This document shows positions 1 through 9,711 of a stretch of DNA of 20,000 nucleotides, piece after piece. The stretch is taken from the NCBI GenBank assembly GCA_048128005.1, contig JBEUKZ010000108.1, positions 118,396 to 138,395 of the forward strand, in the 5' to 3' direction. How positions within the stretch are numbered: the first letter of the stretch is position 1; the number at the start of each line of letters is the position of its first letter. The stretch comes from Veleropilina oligotropha. Lineage: Eukaryota. Position numbers and translations under genes: made by a program. Under the pieces are notes generated by a model. It worked only from the letters and a program-made list of their open reading frames with translations, did no database searches and was not told where the DNA came from.

Positions 1-284
1 TTATTAGCCTTGATAATCATCATATATAGGGTCAGGCGACCTCGCACGAAGACCATCGCACAACTTCGTGGGAAAGGAAAATCGTGCTACAATGATTGTA
101 CTGTACCCTACAATGCCAAGAATCGCAGCCAGGTTTTTTAACATGACGAAAAAAACAAGACGTCGTGCGAAGACCCCCGATGGCAGCAACGTCGCACGAT
201 TCATTTCCCGATGGTCCACGATCACTCGAAATTCACCCAACGCAGGTGGTCGTACGACATTTTAAGGCTGGTGTGACCAAAGCC
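1..284. mobile_element. Right end of a probable PIF/Harbinger-type non-autonomous DNA transposon (left end outside window)
   Basis: Ends in GTGTGACCAAAGCC (271-284) followed by TAA. This resembles the GGC-N3-GGTCACAC terminus and TWA target duplication of Harbinger elements. The interior is CpG-rich with repeated TCGCACGA/TCGTACGA-like motifs. Only one terminus is visible. Confidence 0.45.
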
Positions 285-287
285 TAA

Positions 288-375
288 GCTACCGACAGAA
301 CTCGAACCAGGGCCCTTCAGACAATCTCGGTGGGGTGTCCAACACGGCAAGTACTCACCCGCCGATACCATTCCT
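288..375 (-). mobile_element. tRNA-derived (SINE head-like) fragment
   Basis: The minus strand has an A-box-like TGGTATCGGCGG (370-359) and a B box GGTTCGAGTTC (308-298). No full cloverleaf was found. It is cut off by the element ending at 284. Confidence 0.35.
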
Positions 376-728
376 AATAGGAGGAGGTTTCTATTGATTT
401 TATATTATTATATTATTAGTTCATAAAGGATGCTCTAGATTAGCATGCAAAATGAATGGTGACATTCAATGTTACTATTATTAAGTATACAAGTTTATAT
501 AATTATAAACAAAGTGGGATTTTATTAGATACATGTGCCATGGTATCATGTGGAAATAAAATTCTCACAAAATTCTTGATGTTTTTCAACATGTAAATAA
601 AAATGAGAAGTTGGGAAAATGTTGAACATGAATAGGCTGACATATAAGCATTAAGATTGTTGTTTTAAATAAGATTGTTTGAGATATCATGTGGAAATGA
701 TGGCGCTGGAAGATGGATGACCATCACT

Positions 729-1180
729 TGTATCTGTATCTGTATCAATACGTTGAAGAATCCAATTCTGGCATAATTTCAATGGGCGCATGAATTTTTT
801 TTTTAATTGTTACCGAGGGCCGCTATGAAGGCCTCAGGCTTGGTAGGGAGGACGGTTGACTCTGCTAGTCGGTTCCACTCAGGAATTGTCCTCACAAAGA
901 AGCTGTTTTTGCAGACAAGAGTGGTGGCTTGTATTGACTCGAGACACTTGGAATGGTTTAGTTGATGGTTCCTTACAGGGATGTCATTCAGGTAACCATC
1001 AAGTCGTACCGATGTCCTGATACGCCGTTTATTAGTGACCATGGTTAGATGTAGAGAAGGTGGAAGTGCTGGCATTAACCCCTCGACCACTTTAAATAAC
1101 AACATCAGGCGTAGCTCATTTCTCCTGTCCTGTAGGGTGTGTAGCAGAGTAAGCACAATATCCCTCCCGTTCATCAGCAA
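729..1180 (-). mobile_element. 5'-truncated LINE of the CR1/L2 group: ORF2 C-terminus plus 3' UTR and (GATACA)3 tail
   Basis: ORF 803-1180 contains TLQDRRNELRLMLLFKVVEG and KNSFFVRTIPEWNRL, typical C-terminal motifs of CR1/L2-group ORF2. The short 3' UTR ends in a tandem GATACA tail at 746-729. Confidence 0.8.
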
Positions 1181-1483
1181 CGCTGCATGTTTACAATATA
1201 ATTACCAATGGCAAAGCAAACGTAATATTGCATGCTGATGGTATTGCGTTTCAAAACAAATCATTAATGGCTTCCATATTACCACATGGCAAGTGATTGA
1301 CATTTGATATACTTTCGAAGACAATCTCTGTGTATGTTCACGGACTAAGCCTCTCAAATCTCACATCCAGAAACCACAACAAAATAAAGATCACTATCAG
1401 TTCCACCCGAGTGCATCTAGTGAAAGGAGCTTCAATGCATCATTGAACACGTCTCAGCAAGTGTAAAATTCTAAGATTGATAG

Positions 1484-2365
1484 TTACCACTAACAAGGAG
1501 GTTACATTTTTACCTGTGCCTGTCTGTTTGTTTGGCTGCTAGTCTGATAATGTAACAATTGTATGGACAGATTTCGGCGAAATTTTTTTGTTGATTGGCC
1601 TTGGGCCAAGGACCAATCCACGAGATGTTGGTGGTGATCCAGATACGGATCCAGATGTGATGATATCATATCTGTTTCTTAAGCTTCTACTTTAACATGT
1701 CTATAGCTCGAAAAGTTTGACGGCAACATGGAGAATTGGTAAGCATTGGTTAGCATTGGTTAGCATTGGTAAGCATTGGTTAGCATTGGTTAGCATTGGT
1801 AAGCATTGGTTAGCATTGGTTAGCATTGGTAAGCATTGGTTAGCATTGTTAAGCATTGGTTAGCATTGGTTAGCATTGGTTAGCATTGGTTAGCATTGGT
1901 TAGCATTGGTTAGCATTGGTAAGCATTGGTAAGCATTGGTTAGCATTGGTTAGCATTGGTAAGCATTGGTTAGCATTGGTTAGCATTGGTAAGCATTGGT
2001 TAGCATTGGTTAGCATTGGTAAGCATTGGTTAGCATTGGTAAGCATTGGTAAGCATTGGTTAGCATTGGTTAGCATTGGTTAGCATTGGTTAGCATTGGT
2101 AAGCATTGGTTAGCATTGGTTAGCATTGGTAAGCATTGGTTAGCATTGGTTAGCATTGGTAAGCATTGGTTAGCATTGGTTAGCATTGGTTAGCATTGGT
2201 TAGCATTGGTTAGCATTGGTTAGCATTGGTTAGCATTGGTAAGCATTGGTTAGCATTGGTTAGCATTGGTTAGCATTGGTTAGCATTGGTTAGCATTGGT
2301 TAGCATTGGTTAGCATTGGTAAGCAGAGCCAGAGGCTTGCTATCTTGGATTAATGTCCTTTTTTC
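1484..2365 (+). mobile_element. Degenerate Helentron-associated non-autonomous element (HINE/DINE-1-like) containing the 10-bp array
   Basis: Starts TTACCACTAACAAGGAGGTTACATTTTT, then a GTCT/GTTT microsatellite remnant (CTGTCTGTTTGTTTG), TATGGACAGATTTCGGCGAAATTT and GATCCAGATACGGATCCAGAT. This order and content match HINE-type elements. The 3' end is poorly preserved, so the boundary is approximate. Confidence 0.5.
1735..2325. repeat. 10-bp minisatellite (W)AGCATTGGT, 58 full units
   Basis: Units TAGCATTGGT and AAGCATTGGT run from 1741 to 2320 with partial units at each side. There is one deviant unit, TAGCATTGTT, at 1841-1850. Confidence 0.99.
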
Positions 2366-2711
2366 TTAAATTTGTAATCCTGCTTTTCATTTCAGCGATT
2401 CCGCGAGCAGAAAAGTCTGAACTTACTTATATGCTCACAATGGTATGCATTTCCATTGAAGTGAAATTCAGATATTAATTTTTTCATTTACTGTGCATGA
2501 AAGCAGTGGCAAAATTGTTCAATGCAAATATCACAATGCGTGACAGCTAGACTCGATCATGTATGTTACATGCATTCAAATGACTCATCAACTATGCAGG
2601 TATACTATATTTAATATGATACAGTATATAAACCCCTATAGGTGATATCAGATATTTGACGGCGTTGATAACACTCTTTTCCTATCTGATATGCTAACAG
2701 GATTTATAAAA

Positions 2712-2812
2712 AATAATGTATACACTGATGATACTCTGTGCGATATCACCATCAAATCTCGGCTATGCCTGATATAATAGTTATATCACACCTCGGCCAT
2801 CAGTGTATTATT
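2712..2812. repeat. Short imperfect inverted repeat, probable MITE remnant
   Basis: ATACACTGATG (2720-2730) is the exact reverse complement of CATCAGTGTAT (2798-2808). Further partial pairing occurs between GTGCGATAT and ATATCACAC, and between AATAAT and ATTATT. Confidence 0.5.
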
Positions 2813-3868
2813 TAATATATACAAATGTCCCACTTCAAGTAAAGCATAGTATTCAATAATATTGACGGTGCATATTTTTATTACACTGCATATTCACAAA
2901 TTTTAGCATTTACATATCACAAGCTCAATTTATATAGCGAGACACAGTTTGAAGATGTAAATGTAACACATCAATACCTGCTATGCATTGCTAGTAGTTA
3001 TTTTTCTGTCACTTTCTTATTGACAAGTTAATAACTGATTCATTCATGCAGTAAATAGCTCTGCACGCTGTGGCCACCAACTAAGATGGTGTACAGAGAT
3101 TTGACACATCACTTGTTCTTTCCTGTTGTGTTCTGCATTGGACACTGACCTAGCTGACCTAAATACCACACGTGTCAACAAATTGTCAGTCTTGCAGCGG
3201 GTCCCATCAATCACACTGATGCATGTACAGTGCTACCTTGATGCATTAGTAGTATCTACATAATATATTATAAATATCAGCATTTGGCAACTTAAAAAAT
3301 TATGAAAACAATACATGTGTGCAATTTAAAATTTGAATTGCACATGTTTTGCTTTGAAATGAGGCATTAAGTTCAGGAATATTGATGTATAATGCAAGCT
3401 GTCCCCATTATTCTCTACTAGTTTTAGATTGGTAACAGCTCGACTTTCCATGTTACTGCTGAGCAATCGCTCCTGGCCAGCAACCAAGCTTTGCAATTGT
3501 TCCACTAGATGTTACCCTGATCACTTTAAAAATATCGCTTTCTATTTTCAAAGCCCACAGGATAAATATTTCGGTTTCAAATTTCAGTGTAATCTGGTGA
3601 CTGGTCATATTTGAATATTTATTCTCAATGTTGCACATTACTTACAGTTGACAATGTACTAGCTCTCATTGCCAGCTGACATATAATATATCCATATGAT
3701 TATATTGGTTATTATATCAAATGCTTTTTATGCATACTGGTTTTTCTATTGATTACATTATAAATAGCCGCTGGCTTATATAATAGAGACTTACAGGATA
3801 TATCTCCAACACTGAACAATGACAAAACGCATGGGAACATGATAGCTGGGAATCAGGGGGAAACATTA

Positions 3869-4025
3869 TAGTGGTATGACTCACATGCTCTGAATGTTAA
3901 TTCTATGAATTTAAAATGAAACCGTAATTTAATCTGGGAGAGTCATTACTGTCTAGTGGTATGACTCGCACGCTCTGAATGTTAATTCTATGAAATCTAT
4001 GAATTTAAAATGAAACCTTAATTTA
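3869..4025. repeat. Imperfect direct duplication of about 63 bp
   Basis: TAGTGGTATGACTC..CTCTGAATGTTAATTCTATGAA..TTTAAAATGAAACC.TAATTTA occurs at 3869-3931 and 3954-4025. The second copy has an extra TCTATGAA repeat. Confidence 0.9.
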
Positions 4026-4234
4026 TAAGTGGGCATCACCTCCATAATTGACGATGACCACCCATCCATCCTTGATCAAAATCAAAGTCCACCGTATGCA
4101 ATTGTGTTGTAATTTTTAATGGAAATTATGATTACTTACTTGGTCAAACAGCGGCTTGAATCTCTGCGTGGTCAATTATTCGTCCAGAGGAATGAATCAA
4201 AAGAAAGAAAATAAATGCATTAGAATTAATAGTC

Positions 4235-4256
4235 ATATATATATATATATATATAT
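4235..4256. repeat. (AT)11 microsatellite
   Basis: Read directly from the sequence. Confidence 0.95.
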
Positions 4257-4409
4257 GTATGCAGATAAAATAACAGTAAACTTGACGCAATAACTGGCAA
4301 TTCATTATAATTTTATGACGCAATTGTAATGGCTTTTTAATACATGAATATTATGCCGTTGCTGCACCAAATACGGTTTTATTTCATTCGCATGAGTTCA
4401 AATTGAATC

Positions 4410-4681
4410 GTGGCTCAGTGGGTTGTTCACAGGACTCTGGTCACAGTGTCGACTTCGCCCCCAAAGCTCAGCGATTTCACTTGGTCCTCAGCCGATCTGA
4501 ATGGGTACCTGGTTGGCAATTATGTAAGTCACGGCGCTACCTGTGACTGCAATGCTCCCAGAGGGAGTTGAGATGGCATATCGAGGGGAACAGGCCCATA
4601 ACCAGGGTTAATAATGTTCAGCGCATTGTGACACTAGCGTAATAATGCACTATATAAGACCGGAGTATTATTATTATTATT
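4410..4681 (+). mobile_element. tRNA-derived SINE with conserved central core and L2-like 3' tail
   Basis: A box TGGCTCAGTGG (4411-4421), core TGAATGGGTACCTGGTTGGCA, ATGCTCCCAGAGGGAGTTGAGATGG, and tail AGCGCATTGTGACAC...TGCACTATATAAGA followed by (TAT)n. Confidence 0.75.
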
Positions 4682-4749
4682 GTTTTCATTGCTACACCAA
4701 AGGATTCTGCATGCATTTCAATTCGCATACAAATGTTGTTGCAACTTGT

Positions 4750-5025
4750 ATTGATTGTCAATTGGAATCCATTCGCATTGAATTCAATCCACATTATATA
4801 TATATGTATGCATGTATGTGGTTTTGGAAATTTGGTGTGGTTTCATTCATTTCGCTTATATTACATTAACACACAGCACGTCCAAATCCAATCGAACGTA
4901 TTACCGTGCGTCACTGACTCACCACCTTAAGTGAATCAAATCAAACTGAATTTTCTAAACCACATACTGTTACAATACATATGTGGATTGAACTCAATAT
5001 GAATAGGTTTTCGATGAGAATCGAT
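4750..5025. mobile_element. Palindromic (foldback/MITE-like) remnant
   Basis: Nested inverted arms: 4776-4794 vs 4981-4999 (17/19) and 4814-4832 vs 4949-4967 (17/19). Weaker pairing extends outward. Confidence 0.55.
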
Positions 5026-5187
5026 TTGGTATAATTCCCAATTTCAGAGGGGTCCTCAAAAGTAGAAATTACACCAGTCAAAGGGTGAAGACGCGATCCC
5101 AACCAAAATGTTATGCCACCTCTCGGCTATCATGATACCGTAACGACGTATGCCTAGGCTCATACGTCTAGGCTCGGCTCAAGACAT

Positions 5188-5261
5188 GACCGCCTTCATA
5201 TAATCAAGGTGCGTGATTAATGACGCGACCGCCTTCATATAATCAAGGTGCGTGATTAATG
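5188..5261. repeat. Direct duplication, 35 bp identical, period 39
   Basis: GACCGCCTTCATATAATCAAGGTGCGTGATTAATG at 5188-5222 and 5227-5261. Confidence 0.95.
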
Positions 5262-5362
5262 GACACCGAGGAACCAAAGACCAGAGTTCAATCGCCGGGT
5301 GTGCCAGGAATTTTGTTCATGTATGTCGCACCCATTCATGCAGCACACTTTATTTTATTTAA

Positions 5363-5522
5363 ACCAGTATTAGGGAACATGCATACCAGTATTAGGGGAC
5401 ATGTATACCAGTATTAGGGGACATGCATATCAGTATTAGGGGACATGTATACCAGTATTAGGGGACATGCATACCATGCAGTATTATGGGACATGCATAT
5501 CAGTATTAGGGGACATGCATAC
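5363..5522. repeat. 22-bp minisatellite, 7 units
   Basis: Consensus ACCAGTATTAGGGGACATGCAT with C/T variants and one 4-bp insertion. Confidence 0.95.
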
Positions 5523-5825
5523 AATTTACAAATACTGACTGCATCACTAATAGTAGTGATAATATTATTAACATTATACATATATACGTGAATATAACTG
5601 TCCATGATGCCTCAACTTGAAGAGCATTAATTGGAAAAACATATTAAAATTAAAATGCTTAAAAACATGTTACCCATATTTCGAAGGAGTTGTTAAAGAG
5701 AGATTTTAATTACAAATACATCTGGAAATTTGTAAAAGGGCACTAATGTAACTTGTAAATCTGAACTGATTCACATCTCACAGATATCTAGTTGCACTTG
5801 GGTAATGAATGGTGCATTAGTAACT

Positions 5826-6158
5826 AATGGTAGCGCACTGGCTTGGCCTTCTTGACCAAAGGTTTATGGTTCAATTCTCGATCCTGGCGAATTTCATTGA
5901 GACAAATATATGTGCCTCGGTTTCATCCAGTCGATCCGAGATCAAAGTGCATGGATACATGGTTGGCAGCCACAAGAATTGTCAGTATGACAAATGTAGC
6001 CATCATTGGCTAGTGCCTAACAGACATGCACTTGACTGTCTACTCTCAGAGAAAGTTAAGATGGAATTTTTGTAAGATCAAGCCAGCAAACAGGGAATAG
6101 TAACGTTGTATACTGGCGTTTTGTGTGTGGGAAAGCGCAACATAAATCTCCATTTATT
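5826..6158 (+). mobile_element. Diverged tRNA-derived SINE related to the 4410-4681 copy
   Basis: B box GGTTCAATTCT (5868-5878). GTGCATGGATACATGGTTGGCA and GACTGTCTACTCTCAGAGAAAGTTAAGATGG align with the core of the first SINE. L2-like end AAGCGCAACATAAATCTCCATTTATT. Confidence 0.65.
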
Positions 6159-6621
6159 GTCCCCGCCGCCGCCGCCTATTGGGCGGACGGTGTCCCCCGC
6201 CGCCTATCGGGCGGACGGGGGACATAGAATCCACCTCCGTCCGTATGTCTGTCACGGATTTTCTCACATCTTTTTTTTCATTGAAGGAAATGTGAGCTTT
6301 CCGAAACTTTACAGATGAACTAAGCACATCATTGGGTAGATCAAGTTCAATTATTGGGAATATATTTTGCAAACTTTTGTTTTTTGTGACTTTTCGATGA
6401 ATTTGAACATAGCCTCTGGAAGCATGGATATGGTCAATTTCTCGCATTCTTTTTTCCATTTAGAGATATACTAGCTTTCTGAAACTTTACAGATTTACCA
6501 ACCACACCAATGTTTATATCAAGTTTGAAAATTGTGAAATTATTTTAAAAACATGTTTTTGGTGACTTTTTAAGACTTTGAACATAGTCTCTGGAAGCAT
6601 GGATGTGATTTTCTCACAATA

Positions 6622-7293
6622 TTTGTCTCGGCCGTAGGGAAAGAGATATTGGTATTGCTTTTCCCCTTAGTCCCCCCCTCATGCTCAACCCCCCCACCCC
6701 CAAGTTTAATTATTGCGTTAAGGTTTTGCGTATTGCTTCCAGATGATATATTGATCTCTCCACTACAATGTACAATCAGTTCTATTTTAAACCTCACGTG
6801 TATAAACCTGTTAAACATGTTAATCCTTCAGATTTGCTCTACCGCACCTACCTCCCCCTACATATTCTTTTACATAATTTATTTTCGCTGCGCATACACA
6901 AAGTTTAATTATGCCTTAAAATATTGATAGAAAAAAAACAGAGATATTTTTTTAAGTACGATGAAAGGGACATGTGCTTATCTGTAAGACTTGCTCACTG
7001 CCAATAGGCACAGTAAGCTGTTAAGCTTAATGGTCACTCTGTGAAGCTGGGATTCTCAAAATCAGATGGATTTTGAAAACTGGCATCCCCACTGGTTTAT
7101 TCCATGGGTATCTTGAGATGGCAGTGTATATTGTCATTACAAGAACAGACTGTATCCAGTGTCTAATATCACTCTCCTCAGCTGGTCAAGGTTCAAGTCA
7201 ATGTGTCCCGTGACAATAGCCCGTGATACTTTGATTTTGTTATGGTTTTGCTGGGGTGGCCGAGACATCTAATTCAGTGGAATTTATTGTTTT
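6622..7293 (+). mobile_element. Second HINE family nested within the central repeats of the first
   Basis: Perfect subTIRs TGTCTCGGCC (6624-6633) and GGCCGAGACA (7258-7267), 3' hairpin AATTC-AGTG-GAATT (7271-7284), and T-rich ends. The host repeat unit resumes after 7293. Confidence 0.7.
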
Positions 7294-7513
7294 CATATTG
7301 AGAATTTCTGAAACTTTACTGATCAATTAACCACATAATTAGGTAGATCAAGTTCCAATATTGGGAATATTGAAAACTTTTAGGTATTTCGTGATATTGA
7401 ACATAGTCCCTGGCAGCATGGATGTTGTCAATTTTCTCACAACTGACTTTTTCAAATTAGAGAAATGCTAGCTGTATGAAGGTCTCATGGAGTAGATCAA
7501 GTTCGAACATGGG

Positions 7514-7774
7514 GGTCGCTTCGACAGCTGTGTGGTATCGGTGTGGACTCAGAAAATCACTGACTTGATTCCGCTGACGCGAACAGTATTGCCAATGTGG
7601 GTTCAAACCCCGGCTGGAGCATGACGTTATTTGTTCAAATTATGAATCACAGTTGTCCATAACTTGTCCCAGAGGGCGGGCTTTCCTCCAGCGATAATAC
7701 AGTTTGTCCTGGTTTCAATCTAAATAAGTTGTAAATATACAGGACAATAAGCATTGATCCTTTCCTTTTTCCTT
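7514..7774 (+). mobile_element. tRNA-derived SINE with target-site duplication, nested in the HINE
   Basis: TSD TTCGAACATGGG (7502-7513) / TTCGAATATGGG (7775-7786), B box GGTTCAAACCC (7600-7610), A-box-like TGGTATCGGTGTGG (from 7533), and a (TCCTTT)n-like tail. Confidence 0.7.
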
Positions 7775-8413
7775 TTCGAATATGGGAATGTTTTAAAAAA
7801 TTTATGGATTTTTTTGGCGATTTTGTACCTAGTCTCTGCAAGCATGGATGTGGTCAATTTTCTCACATGCACTTATTTCATTTACAGAGATGCTAGCTTT
7901 CTGAAACTTTACAGATCAACTAACCCCATCAAGGGGTAGATCAAGTTCAAATATTGGGGATTTTTTGAAAACTTGATTTATTGCTGTTGCGGGGAATTCC
8001 ACTATTAGCTCACGGCGATATCTTGTATCTGAAACTTCACAGACCAACTAACCACAATGTGATAATGGGATGGATAAAGTTTGAATAATGATAATTATTT
8101 AATTTACTTGAAGTATTTACACTTAGTCTCTGTGTGCATATTTATCTCTGTAGCCTCTGGTGGCAGGAAATCTTGCTTAATTAATGAATTCTCATTGAGT
8201 TACTGAATACATAGCGGGCAAAAATATATATATATATATATGTGGTCAATAATACGGGCGGGGGACAATCGCCACTTAATAGTGGCAATCACTTGTTAAT
8301 GTTATTATATTTATAATGTTCAGTGTTCATACAAGAAGTTTATGCAAATGTGTAATGTTACAAAATTAATATAAAAAATTAAGGAAATCACATGTCAATT
8401 TCATTATTTTGTG

Positions 8414-8507
8414 ACATATCGTCGGGAGATTGTAATTATACCGACTGTCAAGTCAAGTGAACATATCGTCGGGAGATTGTAATTATACCGACTATCAAGT
8501 CAAGTGA
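8414..8507. repeat. 47-bp tandem duplication (46/47 identical)
   Basis: ACATATCGTCGGGAGATTGTAATTATACCGACTRTCAAGTCAAGTGA twice, at 8414-8460 and 8461-8507. Confidence 0.95.
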
Positions 8508-8746
8508 GTATGTCAAAGGTAGCCTACATCGGCCATTGAATGATTAAGATTGTTACGATATTTCTAGAGCCACTTCAATGTCAAACCCAATGTGTATTTC
8601 AATTTATGACCTATTTATGGCGTCAAATTTATGAACGAGTATGAAGCTGGTGTCTCGTAGGCCTACTCAACATAAAAATGTCCGTGTTTTGTGTGGGCGC
8701 GGTCAAACGTTTATCTTTCCGACTCGCGTCGATTTCGTTCGCTTAC

Positions 8747-8818
8747 CCGTTCAATATCTCGCTTAAATTCTTCATTCGTCTCGCTGAGAGCGATCTCCTC
8801 GTCCCCCGTCCGGCTCAT
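8747..8818 (-). CDS. Candidate first coding exon of a host gene (MSRTGDEEIALSETNEEFKRDIER)
   Basis: ATG at 8818-8816, 24 open codons, then a good donor CGG|GTAAGC. It lies in a CpG-rich patch with a minus-strand CCAAT at 9009-9005. No homology was recognised and no downstream exon was identified. Confidence 0.3.
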
Positions 8819-9376
8819 ACCTACGGTTGCACAGGTAAATTCCGCACGGTAAAACTAAACTATCCGTAGTGTTGGTATTTTTTCAAAATAGCAAATGTCC
8901 TTATAGTTCTTGCGCTAAAATAACGCGGTCATGAAAATATATCGCCGTGAGCTAATAGAGGAATTCCCCACAACGGCACGGCTCGCTGAGCATGATCCAT
9001 TCCTATTGGCGCATTGATACAATCAAAATGTTATCTCTTTGTTGCGGTACCGTTATCGCCGGAATCTATTTATAGCAATTAACGAAGTCACCGTTGTAAA
9101 TGTTTTCCCTGGAAATGAAACAGAAATAGTCAAGTCAAGGTATAATAAGGAAGGGCCTAAATAATAGTATCCTGTCTGGACAAGTGGACAATTCAATTCA
9201 ATTCAATTTTAATAAGCACAAAACCTACATACAAGCAGATATAGCTTTGGACAACAACAATAAAACATAACAGGTGAGAAAATAATTATAGGCATACAAA
9301 CATAAAATGGTTAAGTTAATCAAATGCTACTAAATGTAATGAGATTCATGGGTTTGGTTTTTAAATAAGTAAATAA

Positions 9377-9590
9377 ATTAGGTTTGCCTCATCACGAACA
9401 TCTGCCCAGCAAGACCCCCCGGCCAGCGGACCCTCCCCAGACCGAGCCACGCCATGACCGCCAGGTGGTACTGCGGAACACCACCCTATGGTCATGTCGT
9501 AACCCACCAGCCCAAAGAAGCCCACTGACCAGATCGGATGACGAGGTCCCACTGCGCAAATAATCACGTATGTGATGGGACAAACCTAAT
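9377..9590 (-). other. Long G-U-rich rod-like RNA hairpin in the LINE 3' UTR
   Basis: Five nested stems on the minus strand: ATTAGGTTTGTCCCATCAC/GTGATGAGGCAAACCTAAT; TATTTGCGCAGTGGGACCT/GGGTCTTGCTGGGCAGATG; TCTGGTCAGTGGGCTTCTTTGGGCT/GGTCTGGGGAGGGTCCGCTGGCCGGG; GGGTTACGACATGACC/GGTCATGGCGTGGCTC; GGTGGT/ACCACC. Confidence 0.8.
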
Positions 9591-9711
9591 ATATCGAAAA
9601 GTACATCATATTAGCACGAAACAAATACATGTACTGAGTAATTCACCTGGGAAAAATATATATATAAGTAAAAAATACAAACTTCCTTGACTTAATTAAT
9701 GAAGTTTAAGT

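Larger units (their letters stand above)
6155..8297 (+). mobile_element. Helentron-associated non-autonomous element (HINE) with about 178-bp central repeats
   Basis: 5' subTIR ATTGTCCCCGCC with an adjacent inverted copy (TGTCCCCCG 6191-6199 / CGGGGGACA 6216-6224) and a GTCC/GTCT microsatellite (6237-6253). Central units are marked by TTTCTGAAACTTTACAGAT-like motifs at about 6297, 6475, 7305, 7897 and 8028. 3' subTIR GGCGGGGGACAAT (8257-8269), hairpin GCCACT-TAAT-AGTGGC (8271-8286), then TTGTT. Confidence 0.8.
7982..8978. repeat. Dispersed 40-bp inverted repeat (7982-8021 and 8939-8978)
   Basis: The reverse complement of TGCTGTTGCGGGGAATTCCACTATTAGCTCACGGCGATAT matches ATATCGCCGTGAGCTAATAGAGGAATTCCCCACAACGGCA at 37/40. 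Confidence 0.92.

Noticed and set aside
1741..2320. CRISPR array or telomeric repeat
   Set aside because: There are no unique spacers and no cas genes, the unit is not a TTAGGG-type repeat, and the context is eukaryotic and interstitial.
3646..3811. Two minus-strand micro-exons flanked by AG and GTAAGT (3646-3675, 3795-3811)
   Set aside because: Acceptors are weak, joining both to the candidate first exon gives a stop, and there is no homology support.
7514..7620. Functional tRNA gene (also 288-375)
   Set aside because: B boxes are present but there is no consistent cloverleaf. The TSD and tail indicate a SINE.
3429..7939. Assorted 60-100 aa ORFs in the left half
   Set aside because: They overlap repeats or low-complexity DNA and show no recognisable domains.
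9361..9583. Two small minus-strand ORFs (68 and 63 aa)
   Set aside because: They are by-products of the G-rich hairpin and have no recognisable protein features.
9377..9590. Hammerhead or HDV-like ribozyme
   Set aside because: No CUGANGA...GAAA core or nested double pseudoknot was found by eye, and the fold is a simple rod.
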